The position numbers and the translations under genes were made by a program. Shown one piece after another: positions 12,091 to 23,834 of a DNA stretch of 64,000 nucleotides; within the stretch, counting starts at the first letter, position 1; each line of letters opens with the position of its first letter. Location of the stretch: the NCBI RefSeq assembly GCF_006345805.1, contig NC_043010.1:10044001-10108000 (forward strand), given 5' to 3'. Under the pieces are notes generated by a model. It did not search any database, was not told the DNA's origin, and saw nothing but the letters and a program-made list of their open reading frames with translations. The DNA comes from Octopus sinensis. Taxonomy: Eukaryota.

Positions 12091-12787
12091 AACAACAAAC
12101 AAGATGAGGACGAATATATGTCAAATATAAATAATGTAAATAATGTAAATAAGGTTGACTTCATCTTACATCCTTTTGGGATCAATAAAATAAGTACCAG
12201 TTGAGTACTGGAGTTGATGTAATCAACTTTTTCCCTCCCCTGAAATTGCTGGCCTTGTGCTAAGACATGAAATTAAACAATGTGGTGAGCTGATGGAATT
12301 GTTAGTGCACTGGTCAAACGCTTAGTGTCATTTCATCCATCTTTACATTTGAATACAAATTCTACCAAGGTCGACTTTGTCTTTCATCCTTTCAGGGTCA
12401 ACAGAACAGGTACCAGCTAGATACTGTGGTTGATGCAGTTGAACTTACCTCCTCCCCTCAAAACTGTTAACCCAATGCCAAAATTTGAAATCAATATTAC
12501 TAATCAAATAAAGATGATTAAAGAAAGTGTATTAATTTATTCAGAACTACCAATCTCATTTAAGTCAAAGCTGTTATGGAATGTCAATTAATGCCAACAT
12601 AATTATCATACGTGACTCAATTCTCAGTTGTAAAGTAATACTTGTCATCTGCCAGGTGTACTGTTAGGAAAAGAATAAAATATCCCGTCTGCAGTTGCAT
12701 CATAACTCATGCGACAATGATTTGAGATTATGGGTTCACCTCTTCTTTCTACACTGCTCCTTATTTCCCTTTGTATACAATTTTTCA

Positions 12788-13229
12788 TTAGGCAAGTGTC
12801 TTCTACTATATTCTCAGGCTGACCAAAGCCTTGTGAGTGGATTTGGTAGACGGAAACTGAAAGTAGCCCGTCGTATATATGTATATATGTATATATATAT
12901 ATATATATATATAAAATTTAGAGGACTGACCACTAAAAAAATGGACAGCCTATATGCTAGATATAAATGTCAAAATCGCCATTTCCAAGATATATGTATA
13001 TATGTATGTATGTGTGTGTATATGTTTGTGTGTCTGTGTTTGTTCTCCCCAACATCGCATGACAACCGATGCTGGTGTGTTTACGTCCCCGTAACTTAGC
13101 GGTTCGGCAAAAGAGACTGATAAAATAAGTACTAGGCTTACAAAGAATAAGTCCTGGGGTCGATTTACTCGACTAAAGGTGGTGCTCCAGCATGGCTGCA
13201 GTTAAAATTACTGAAACAAGTAAAAGAGA

Positions 13230-13230
<1 letters not shown>
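12788..13230 (+). mobile_element. SINE family C, head truncated, with a short insert in the internal (TA)n
   Basis: Begins at ggcaagtgtctt; 12905-12995 is extra sequence between TA tracts. Confidence 0.8.
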
Positions 13231-13256
<26 letters not shown>

Positions 13257-13262
<6 letters not shown>

Positions 13263-13325
13263 AGAGTAACCTCTATGTGGTCGACTCTAGCACTAAAAAT
13301 AGATCCGCTAGGTTACTCTCTTATA
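13257..13325. repeat. Perfect 16-bp inverted repeat (mini-MITE or hairpin) in TA context
   Basis: tataagagagtaacct (13257-13272) / aggttactctcttata (13310-13325). Confidence 0.75.
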
Positions 13326-13450
13326 TTTATATATAAAATTTATTGAATCCCGGGTTTTTATGCACTAAGCCACTTGGTGTTAAATGGATATACTATTAAA
13401 TTAGTATACAATTCTCTCACCCTTATTAGTTGATTATATATATATATATA

Positions 13451-13667
13451 TATTGTTATATTTCGGAATGGTCATATTGCCAGTTTAGCCAATAAAAACA
13501 CACGCACTATATATTTGGTGTTATTTTGCTTCAGTGATATTTATTTTTTACATTAATCTTAATCTTATTTCGGCCAAAGTTCTTTCGTCACACTCCTGTG
13601 ACCGCATCAGTGGTCCTTTGTTTTATTGGCTAAACTGGCAATATGACCATTCCGAAATATAACAATA
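13451..13667. mobile_element. Element with perfect 47-bp terminal inverted repeats
   Basis: 13451-13497 is the exact reverse complement of 13621-13667; TA-rich flanks; a solo near-copy of the arm lies at 16917-16960. Confidence 0.85.
13574..13613 (-). ncRNA. Hammerhead-like motif with core variant
   Basis: Minus strand CCA CUGAUGC g GUCAC aggagu GUGAC GAAAG aa CUU UGG; all three stems pair but A9 is C. Confidence 0.4.
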
Positions 13668-13718
13668 TCTGTTTCAACACACGACTTCACATAAAAAATC
13701 TTGCACAACAAATATTTA

Positions 13719-13756
<38 letters not shown>

Positions 13757-14374
13757 TATATACACACACACACATACATAAATACAACATATATAGGAAC
13801 ATGTAAATATAATGCACACACTCACACACACATTTATGCATAAACTTGCAAAGGCACACACACACACACACACATGTAAACTACTTTGTGAATACTCATT
13901 CACACGCACATGCAGACACAATCATACAAATGCATGGACTTGCAAACACACATGATGCATACACAAACACACACCTGCACAAACTGGTGAACACACATAT
14001 GCCCTCACATGTGCATAGACATACACAAAGACACACCTACACACAAATGCGTGGACTAATGAAAACACACAAACATTTAGATAATAATGATGTACCACTT
14101 CCTGAAGAGCAATATTTATGACCACCTCTGCCTCTGAACAGAAGTGCTCTGAAAATTTGGTAAAACAATATTCACTCGAGATAGTCCTATCTGCAAGTAA
14201 TAATTGATAGCATCAGTATAGAGTGGAAACAATACAAAGTAATAAAATGTATATGTGATGTCACTTCCACACACACAAGTAAACAGCCACTATGTATGTA
14301 GGTTTATGTATTATGTATGTGTTTTTGTGAGTATACATACATGCATGTATATGAATATATATGTATGGACATAA

Positions 14375-14605
14375 GGCGGCGAACTGGCAGAATCGTTAGC
14401 ACGCCGGGCGAAATGCGTAGCCGTATTTCGTCTGCCACTACGTTCTGAGTTCAAATTCCGCCGAGGTCGACTTTGCCTTTCATCCTTTCGGGGTCGATAA
14501 ATTAAGTACCAGTTACGCACTGGGGTCGATGTAATCAACTTAATCCCTTTGTCTGTCCTTGTTTGTCCCCTCTGTGTTTAGCCCCCTGTGGGCAGTAAAG
14601 AAATA
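14375..14605 (+). mobile_element. SINE family B
   Basis: Full copy; flanking direct repeat atatatatgtatggacata. Confidence 0.9.
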
Positions 14606-14635
14606 TATATATGTATGGACATATATATGAATAAG

Positions 14636-14930
14636 TGGAGATGCAATGGTCCAGTGGTTAGGGCAGTGGACTCGCAGTTGTAGGATCACGGTTTCATTGT
14701 GAGTGTTTATTGAGTGAAAACACCTAAAGCTCCACGAGGCTCCGGCAGGGAGTGGTGGCGATCCCTGCTGTACTCTTTCGCCACAACTTTCTCTCACTCT
14801 TTCTTCTGTTGGCCTGCTCACTTAGCCAGCGAGGTGGTGTCACTTGAAAGCTAAAACAATGCAAAGCGCATTGTGACCAGCGATGTGTAGCAATATCTGA
14901 CAGCCTGGTCGGTCACGGTGATCACGGTGA
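14636..14930 (+). mobile_element. SINE family D, tail type 2
   Basis: Homologous to 9135-9430. Confidence 0.85.
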
Positions 14931-14968
14931 TATATATGAATATATATATATATATGTGTATATATATG

Positions 14969-15000
<32 letters not shown>

Positions 15001-15314
15001 AACATATATCAAAACTGTTATTTATTCACCATTACACATGTTTCATTTGCTAATAGGAATTACATAATTCTACATGTAGTAGAAACACGTAAGAAATTTC
15101 CTATTAATAATTCTTCAGACAGAGACTCAAATAATACATTTGGATGAAGCACTTATATATTTACTTAGTAATCAGGTGTTGTATAGATAGTTGAGATAGA
15201 GAATGAAGAACAAACCTGAGCGTACAGTAAGAAGAGAGTTAGGGATAGGAGAAATAAGTGTAACTTGCATATGTACATGTATAAAAGCAAAAAGTAAGTA
15301 CATATGTATAATCT

Positions 15315-15522
15315 TTACTCTCTCTTTTACTTGTTTCAGTCATTTGACTGCAGTCATGCTGGAGCACCGCCTTTAGTGGAGCAAATCAACCCCGGAACTT
15401 ATTCTTTAGAAGCCCAGTACTTATTCTATCGATCTCTTTTGCCGAACCGCTAAGTGACGGTGACGTAAACACACCAGCATCGGTTGTCAAGCAATGCTAG
15501 GGGGAGAAATACACACACACCC

Positions 15523-15555
<33 letters not shown>

Positions 15556-15748
15556 ATATATATATATATATATGTACATATATACGACAGGCTTCTTTCA
15601 GTTTCCGTCTACCAAATCCACTCACAAGGCATCGGTCGGCCCGGGGCTATAGCAGAAGACACTTGCCCAAGATGCCACGCAGTGGGACTGAACCCTGAAC
15701 CATGTGGTTGGTTAGCAAGCTACTTAGCACACAGCCACTCCTGCGCCT
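15315..15748 (-). mobile_element. SINE family C
   Basis: Full family C sequence. Confidence 0.9.
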
Positions 15749-16009
15749 ATATGTATATATAAAAAAAGTAAATAAAACAAATTTATGTGGGAAAAACAGA
15801 TAGAGAGGATTCAATGTGAATGCTGTTATAGACATTATATAATGTAGTATTTTCCTCACAGAGAATAAAAACAGCATTTTGTGTGTCTATATAGACAGAC
15901 ATTCATACACACGTACACACTCACCTGCATTCTTTGTATTGCACATAAACTACAACATAGGTAAATACGCAGAAACACATACATATATATGAGTACACAA
16001 AAAATATAT

Positions 16010-16345
16010 TCATCATCATCATCATCATCGTTGGGTTGGACGGATGACTGAGGGCTGGCAAACCAGATGGCTGCACCAGGCTCCAATCTTGATCTGGCAG
16101 AGTTTCTACAGCTGGATGCCCTTCCTAATGCCAACCACTCTGAGAGTGTAGTGGGTGCTTTTACATGCTAGTCAGGCGGCACTGGCAATGACCTTGCTCG
16201 AATCTTTTACACATGCCACCAGCACATGTGCCAGTAAGGCGATGCTGGTAATGGTCACACTCGAATGGTGTCTTTTACGTGCCACGGGTATGGAAGCCAG
16301 AAGCCGCTCCAGCAGCGATCACACTTGGATGGTGCTCTTTGATTT
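16010..16345 (-). mobile_element. SINE family A
   Basis: (CAT)n tail and family A body. Confidence 0.85.
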
Positions 16346-16429
16346 AGGCATTTCAATTGGTAACAAAAATTATTTTTAAAATGTGCTTCATGCAAATTAC
16401 AATTAAGTGAAAATGTAATGCAAGGCACA

Positions 16430-16885
16430 TAGTACACTCTGTGAAATGGTTGGTGTTAAGAAGGGCATCTAGCCATACAGAGAAGCCAAAACAGAGTGGA
16501 GCCTGGTGCAGCTCTCCAGTTTACCATTTCCAGTCAAACTGTCTAACTCAGTGGTTCCCAAAGTTGGCAGTACTGCCCGATGGAAGTGGTGGAAAGATCC
16601 AGGAACTTGTTAGAGAAAGTGGAACAGTAATGGAGTGGCCAAAATGGATGAATGTAAAAACAACAATGTAATGGGTTAATTCGGTCAAGTTTTCTTTATA
16701 AAATACAGTTGTATTTTGAATTTACTGCAGAAAGTGATTTATGTTTGCGGTGGTCGTGAGTGGAGAGGGGCTGATGCTAGGAATGTAGCTAGGGTGCTGA
16801 GGAAGCAGCAACCCAAAAGAGTTTGGAAACCACTGGTCTAACCTATGCCAACATGGAAAACGGATGTTAAATGATGATAATGATT
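16430..16885 (+). mobile_element. SINE family A, degenerate, split by a hAT MITE
   Basis: Body resumes after the MITE as gtctaacctatgccaacatggaaaacggatgttaaatgatgat. Confidence 0.75.
16549..16835. mobile_element. hAT-type MITE nested in a family A SINE
   Basis: TIRs cagtggttcccaaa / tttggaaaccactg; 8-bp TSD gtctaact / gtctaacc (7 of 8 match). Confidence 0.85.
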
Positions 16886-17497
16886 ATGAAGGTTTGTGTA
16901 TGTATGTATGTATATATATTGTTATATTTCGGAATGGTCATTTTGCCAGTTTAGCCAATATATATATATATATATTATATTTTATAATAAGAGTAAATAA
17001 TAGTTTTAATAGATTTTTAAACAACCAACAATTATTTACGGGTAGATTTCGGCATGTAAATATAACCATTAACGGAAGAACTTTTTGTACAAAAGTATAT
17101 ATATATATAAAAAAGCATATATATATATATATGCATAGTGTGGATGTATGAACAATCATGTACATATATGTCTGATTTTTTATATCGGTACACACACACA
17201 TACACATATACACATATACACATATGTATACAGGCATTCATTGTTGTTGTGCACATGTACATGCACATAAAATGCATGTACTTGTGTACATGCATGTATC
17301 TGTGTAATGGTAAGAAATACCAAAAATTTTTCCAACTTCTTGTTTTGATATATAATTACTCTGCAAATAATGTTTTCTGAATGTGTACATCACATATGTA
17401 TAACAACTACAGGGTGTCCCAAAAGCTACCGATGGGTTTAATTTTTAGTAACTTCCTTAACTTTACAAATAAATCCATGAAATCTTGATACAATATA

Positions 17498-17730
17498 TAT
17501 TTCTTTACTACCCACAAGGGGCTAAACACAGAGAGGACAAACAAGGACATACAAACGGATTAAGTCGATTACATCGACCCCAGTGTGTAACTGGTACTTA
17601 ATTTATCAACCCCAAAAGGATGAAAGGCAAAGTGGACCTCGGTGGAATTTGAACCCAGAATGTAAACGGCAGACGAAATACGGCTACGCATTTCGCCCGG
17701 CATGCTAACGTTTCTGCCAGCTCGCCGCCT
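17498..17730 (-). mobile_element. SINE family B inserted in the left TIR
   Basis: 13-bp TSD ttgatacaatata at 17485-17497 and 17738-17750. Confidence 0.9.
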
Positions 17731-18056
17731 TCATATATTGATACAATATAAAGGACATAATGGAAATTAATATGCACTAGTCAAATTTTGCAACACCACT
17801 ACATCACATATGAAAAATGACATCGCTTAAATTGTATCCCCACAAGAAAAAATCCGGGCTAGTCAAGTCTAGGGAATGTGAAGGCCAATTGATATTGCCA
17901 TATCAGGAGATTATTCTCTTTCCAAAGCACTGCCATAGCAACTGTATTGTTTCTCTTACGGTATGAGCAACTGTCCCATCTTGCTGGAACCATGTGTGAG
18001 GTCTACTTTGAATGGCCAGGTGCAAAAAGGTCTCAGTCATGGTTACCTGAAAGAGA

Positions 18057-18582
18057 GACAGCTATGGTACGACCACACTTGGAATTCGCATCATCAGTTT
18101 GGAACCCCTATCTTGCTCAGAACATTGACCTCCTGGAATCTGTTCAGAGACGTGCAACCAAACGCATACCCTCCATCAGACACCTACCATATTCTGAGCA
18201 CCTTGTTTCCCTGGGCATGGATTCACTGAAGCTCCGGCGTCTGGCGATGGACTTGGTAAACACCCACAAAGTTATCAACCACCTCACCAACAACAACACT
18301 GAACACCTTTTTGATCTCCATGTGTCCAACACACGTGGACATGCCTACAAAGTCAGAAAACAACACAGCTCCCATGACTTTCGGAAACATTTTTTCATGC
18401 TCAGAGTTGCTGAAGCATGGAACAAACTGCCTGCATCAGTTGTTGACTGCCATGACACTGCATCCTTTAAGGCCCTCATGCGTTCCGAAATCCGCCGAAA
18501 CTACACCTGATTATACATACACTTTAGATGAGTTGTAGTGCACCTGAGCACTGTACACAATGTTTTTTATTATTATCATTAT
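18057..18582 (+). mobile_element. 5'-truncated CR1-clade LINE (C-terminal end of ORF2 and 3' tail)
   Basis: MVRPHLEFASSVWNPYL..DLLESVQRRATKRIP..RRL..DL..TRGHAYK..FF..RV..AWNKLP is the typical CR1 ORF2 C-terminus; stop at 18510; (TTA)n-like tail. Confidence 0.9.
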
Positions 18583-19005
18583 TAAACTGGAGACCCTGGT
18601 GCAACTGAAGGAGAACACCAATAGAGAAATAAGAGAAGTGGGGTCTGAAACTTTTGAGGGTTATTATGATGCCTGTTTTGGAAAGAGCACAGGCATGCAA
18701 AGCCGAAAATCGCTGCCTTTTAAGAAATGTCATTTTTCATATGTAATGTAGTGGTATTGCAAAATTTGACTTATGCATATCAATTTCCATTATGTTCTTT
18801 ATATTGCATCAAAATTTTATGCATTTATTTGTAAAGTTAAGGAAGTTATTAGAAATTGAAACTAATCAGTGACTTTTGGGACACCCCGTACAATAGAAAT
18901 GTAATACTTGAACAAGCAAATGTACTTCAAAAAGAGGGCACAGCTTGGATTCTAACCCAACCTACATAATATAATGTGTGTGTGTGTGTGTGTGTAAAAC
19001 ATATC

Positions 19006-19237
19006 TATTTCTTTACTACCCACAAGGAGCTAAACACAGAGGGGACAAACAAGGACAGACATAGGTATTAAGTCGATTACAACGACCCCAGTGCGTAACT
19101 GGTACTTTATTTATCGACCCCGAAAGGATGAAAGGCAAAGTCGACCTCGGTGGAATTTGAACTCACAACATAACGGCAGACGAAATACCGCGAAGCATTT
19201 CGCTCGGCGTGCTACCGTTTCTACCAGCTCGCCGCCT
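19006..19237 (-). mobile_element. SINE family B
   Basis: Family B sequence. Confidence 0.9.
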
Positions 19238-19312
19238 TCATGTGTGCAAAACATATCAATTAATAGATACATAGAAAGATCAATAGATAGATAAATAGAT
19301 AAATAAAGGCCC

Positions 19313-19648
19313 CCTTTATTCATAAATGACCATGGGTTTACACCTAGAAAGTTACCCTCCAAAGCACAAGTCTGGACAAGGCTGTTTATGGAAGATTAAT
19401 AGTTTCTCATGCATACCAGCCTCCCTACTCCATGCCACCGATGTTATCCAAGAGAAAGACAAAGGGGCCGATACAGCTTGGTACCAGTGATGTTGCAACT
19501 CATTTCTACAGATGAGTGAACTGAGGTAATGTGCAATAAAGTGCCTTGCTCAAGAACGCAACACACAGCCCAGTTCAGGAATCAAACTCACTACCTTCTT
19601 CATGATTGTGAGCCTGACGCTCTAATCACTGAGTTGTGCGCCTTCACA
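19313..19648 (-). mobile_element. SINE family E (tRNA-type head, gttcttgagcaaggcactt central motif)
   Basis: Minus strand gtgaaggcgcacaactcagtgattagagc..gtttgattcc; a degenerate relative lies at about 33090-33280 (+). Confidence 0.65.
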
Positions 19649-19784
19649 GATGAATTGGCAGACTTTAAAATGTTACCCCCAGTGCAGTGCAAAGAATGTT
19701 AAACTTAATTCTGTTCGGACACTAGCATTCTATGGATTGCATGACAAAAATCACTTCCAAGTTAACATGCTTACATCCTTCTCA

Positions 19785-20093
19785 AGTGTTGTTGTTTGTT
19801 CCTTCTTGAGCCATGCCTGGCTCATAGGGCTGGTTTCCCGGTTTCCTTGGCATATAGGTTCCCCACCTGGACGGGACACTAGTCCATCGCAGGTGAGATG
19901 CAAGATGCAGGAGGAAAGAGTGAGTGAAAGTTGTGGCGAAAGAGTCAGTAGAAGTTTACCATTACCTTCTGCCAGAGCTGCATGGAGCTTAGGTGTTTCA
20001 CTCATAAACACACACATCCTCCAGTTTGAGATTTGAACCTGTGATCCCTCGACCGTGAGTCCGCTGCTCTAATCACTAGGCCATGTGCCTCCA
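19785..20093 (-). mobile_element. SINE family D, tail type 3
   Basis: Homologous to 29540-29820. Confidence 0.8.
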
Positions 20094-20722
20094 CTTCTCA
20101 AGGGTGATATGAAAGAAAATATACTACTTAAAAAAATATAACAAAAAACTGCGGTTCAAATGTTGGTTATTGATAGATTGACTAACGTATCAACATTTGA
20201 TTGATCGTGGCTCTTCGATTTGAACATTTACCAAATCAACTTTGGTTTATAGAATAGTTGATACTAAAAAGTTTTATTTTGAGTAATAAAAATAATAATA
20301 ACAATAATGGTTTCTAATTTAGGTAGAAGGCCAGTATTTTTGAGAAGGGGTAAGTCAGTACCATCAATCCATAGTACTTGTGGAACTTTATTTTATTGAC
20401 CCCAGAGAAATGAATGATAAATATGATTCTGGTGGGATGCTGTTTCTAATTTAGGCACAAGGCCTGAAATTTGGGAGGAGTTAGCTCATTATGTTAATAC
20501 CATTAATTAACTGTTATTGAGTCAAACAGACGAAAAACAAAGTCAACTTGTGTTGGATTTAAAATCAGAATGTAAAGAGTCAGAAGAATTTCTACTTGGC
20601 ATTTTGTTGGACACTCTGCCGATTCTACTATTCTACTGTCCTTTTGTTATAATGTAGGCAGAAGGCCTGAAATAAGGAAAATAGAGTTGATTTAGCTGAC
20701 TCAGTACTTGATTGGCACTACA

Positions 20723-20766
<44 letters not shown>

Positions 20767-20860
20767 ATCCAAACAAGAAAGCACAAAAAAACACAACAAC
20801 GCGAGGACGTGGAACAAATATAGTATTATTGGACGCTCAGGAAAGAAGGAAAGAAGGAGG

Positions 20861-20895
20861 GTTTAACGTTTCGAGCGGAGCTCTTCGTCAGAAAC
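20861..20895 (-). ncRNA. Minimal type I hammerhead ribozyme motif, core intact
   Basis: Minus strand GUUU CUGACGA a GAGC ucc GCUC GAAAC GUU AAAC; lies in a ~300-bp non-SINE insert (about 20760-21110). Confidence 0.75.
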
Positions 20896-22589
20896 ATAGG
20901 AGAAGGAAAGATCCAGAGAAAGGAAGACAGAGGAAAAAAAATCGCCAATGGTACACACATGGTCACATTTTGGGACAAGAATGCAAAACATCCGGACAGG
21001 TAATACAAAAATGGGACAACAAAACATTCAGATACATGATACAAAGAAAACGACTGGTCATTCGAAGTTTTCTTTCCTCAGTCAACTACCAGATTATCTT
21101 CACAATTTCGGTTGATACACACAAACACACACACACATACACATACATATATATATGTATGTATGTGTATATATTCTCTCACTTTTTTGCTAGTTTCAGG
21201 CAGAGGATGAGTTCTTGCTAAAACACTGCTTTTGTCGTCATCATTATTGCATTTGTTTACAGAGGTGCCAGAGAGGAGAAGAAGAAAAGTGAAGAAAAGG
21301 CCATGGTAGCAGCAAATAGAAAGAGAAAGTGATCAGCCAGTGAGTAGCGGGTTCCATCTTATCTATCCTCTTCCACATAGTCCCCTCTGTCTCTCTCCAC
21401 CGCACTTTATATATTTAGCAAATGAACTCCTCCTGCCAAATTGTATGTATTTATATGTAAAATGAATTCGTCCAGGTTTTCCTTGTATCAAATTATCCAA
21501 TTAGTCATAATGAAATGATTATGGGCTTTACATTATATAAACACTATTATATAATCATTATTACATAATCACAGCTTATATTCATGTTTTCCAACTTTTT
21601 AAATGACTACTTTGCAACCATATGTTGAAACAGCTGTAACCAAAGAATATATGTGATACTAGTACCGCCATTCATTTGCTTGTCTCACACACACACACAT
21701 GTATAAATATGTATACAAATATGTTTATTATATATATATATATATATATATGTACATGTCAAGAGAGAGAGAGAAAGATAGAGTGAGAAAGAAATAGTTA
21801 GACTAGTATATGTGCACATGAACATAGTGAGATGGGAACAACAGAAATTGTTTCATCATGAGAATTATAGATGTAAAATGTCTTCAAGGAGTAGTAGTAC
21901 AAAATAGTTGCTTCAAGTATGGAGTGATTACAGCTTCCCTCAATTTGGTGTGATGGTTACATAGACATCACAGTGTAAGCCCAAGAATCTGGACATTCTT
22001 GTAGGAATCATGCTGCTTGACACCACTGAGTAATGTAGGGAGTAATATGTTTAGAAGGAGCTGAATCAGTATAATCCTAAGATTACCGCTGATGAAGGAA
22101 GGTCTGTGGGGTTAAGGAGTTTGCTTTCTAGCCACAGAATTTGGGATTCCTTCCCATTGTGTGACACCACAGGCCAATGTCTACTACAGCCCCTGACCAA
22201 TCAAAATCTCAAGAGTGAATTTGCTAGAGAGAAATTGACAGGAACCCATTGTGTGTGTATGTATGTATGTTTGGTTCTTCTTGTGTTAACACCACATGAC
22301 AGCTTGAAGCAACTGTCACTGTCATACAAGTGGTACTGTTTGTTTCTTGTCTTCCGTGAAAATTTGTCTGGTCAAAGAGAAATATTACTTTATAAAGAAA
22401 CAATGGCAGGCTGGCCAAAGAATACCATGTGACCATTAAAATCTGACTCAATAAATTCTGGAATGCAACAGAAGACTGCTGTAAGGTAAGATCTCATATA
22501 TATCTTTTGTATTGTGTATCAGAAACCCACTCTTTCTTTCCTTTTTATTCTTGAGACTTATGCCACAGACCAAAAAATGAATTACCTTG

Positions 22590-22832
22590 AAGAATCTTTG
22601 TTGAGCACTTTTAGTGAAAAATACCTTGCTAAGTCTAACATTTAACCACCTTTATTGTTCCAAATATAGTGTCTGAGTCTCAATGTGGGTTTTGTTCCTC
22701 CAGGGGCACAGCTGATTGTATCTTTACTGTCAGACAATTACAAGAAAAGTGCATTGAACATAATCTTGCTCTATACCATTGCTTTGTTGATTTGAGCAAA
22801 GCATTCAATACTATTAATAGAAATGCTCTGTA
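22590..22832 (+). mobile_element. RTE-clade LINE reverse transcriptase fragment, decayed
   Basis: NIVSESQCGF..RGTADCIFTVRQLQEKCIEHNLALYHCFVDLSKAFNTINRNAL followed by a stop. Confidence 0.8.
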
Positions 22833-23097
22833 GCACGGCAACAACCTCACTCGAATGTTTTTTTTTTACGTGCCTCCAGCAGCACAAGTGCCAGTAAGGC
22901 GACGCAGGTAACGATCATGCTCGAATGGTGCTTTCAGACACATATGTGTGGATTTGAGTGTGTAGGTCTATATATTTTTTTAAATGGTTCTGATGGAACA
23001 ATTCCATGAGCTGCTGTGTAATATATATTACTAAGTGTGCACGACTAGATCATTGTTAACATTCCTGTCTATTGACATAATAAATGAATAATCACAT

Positions 23098-23269
23098 AGG
23101 CGCAGGAGTGGCTGTGTGGTAAGTAGCTTGTTAACCAACCACATGGTTCCGGGTTCAGTCCCACTGCGTGGCATCTTGGGCAAGTGTCTTCTGCTATAGC
23201 CCCGGGCCGACCAATGCCTTGTGAGTGGATTTGGTAGACAGAAACTGAAAGAAGCCTGTCGTATATATG

Positions 23270-23304
<35 letters not shown>

Positions 23305-23400
23305 CTTTGTGTGTTTGTGTTTGTCCCCCTAGCATTGCTTGACAACCGATGCTGGTGTGTTTACGTTCCCGTCACTTAGCGGTTCGGCAAAAGAGACCGA
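23098..23400 (+). mobile_element. SINE family C, 3' truncated
   Basis: Family C head and body, ending at gagaccga. Confidence 0.85.
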
Positions 23401-23834
23401 CAGAGATTTTATAAACCCAGATTCCACTGACAAAAACTTCCATCTGCTTGAGCCCTGGCAGAAAGCACTTTTTAAAGAAACCACACAGTAGGATTGAACT
23501 CTGAACCACGTGCTTAGAAAGTAATCTTCTTAATCACACAGCCATGCCTATGACTGGTGTGTTGATGGAAAAACCAATTATGAAGGTTTGTTTGTGTTCT
23601 TTTATATATGTATCTTGGAGAGTGTCAGGAGGAGTAAAACTTCATTTTATTGGATGTTGCGGTGTGAAAAGGAAATGCTCTGATTAATGTAACATTGTAG
23701 AGGAGATTAACTGAACCAGAGTGAATTTTTATCTATTACTATGAGTATTTTGTATATATTATCCACCTATTTCTCTCTGTCGCTCTTTTTCTCTCTCACT
23801 CTCTCTCTCTCTCACACACACATGTAAGTAGAGA

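Larger units (their letters stand above)
11800..12150. mobile_element. Palindromic insertion of two inverted hammerhead-bearing repeats (Penelope-like terminal-repeat remnant)
   Basis: Inverted arms centred near 11990; 13-bp TSD aaggttgacttca at 11787-11799 and 12151-12163; interrupts a degenerate family-B-like SINE. Confidence 0.8.
17410..18888. mobile_element. Rearranged Tc1/mariner-superfamily element with long terminal inverted repeats
   Basis: TA at both ends; termini cagggtgtcccaaaag / cttttgggacaccccg; transposase remnants WFQQDG..WPSHSLDLTSPDFFLWGY on minus (about 17830-18045) and LETLVQLKEN..REI on plus (about 18585-18735). Confidence 0.8.

Noticed and set aside
17040-17090. Additional hammerhead on the minus strand (..ccgttaa tggttatatttacatgcc gaaa tc..)
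   Set aside because: The core is too degenerate and the stems do not pair convincingly.
17947-18510. 187-aa host gene
   Set aside because: The N-terminal part is the antisense of a Tc1 transposase relic and the rest is a CR1 ORF2 C-terminus; the ORF is a chance fusion.
21045-21085. Hammerhead on the minus strand (ctgagga aagaaaacttc gaat)
   Set aside because: GAAA is absent and stems I and III are not supportable.
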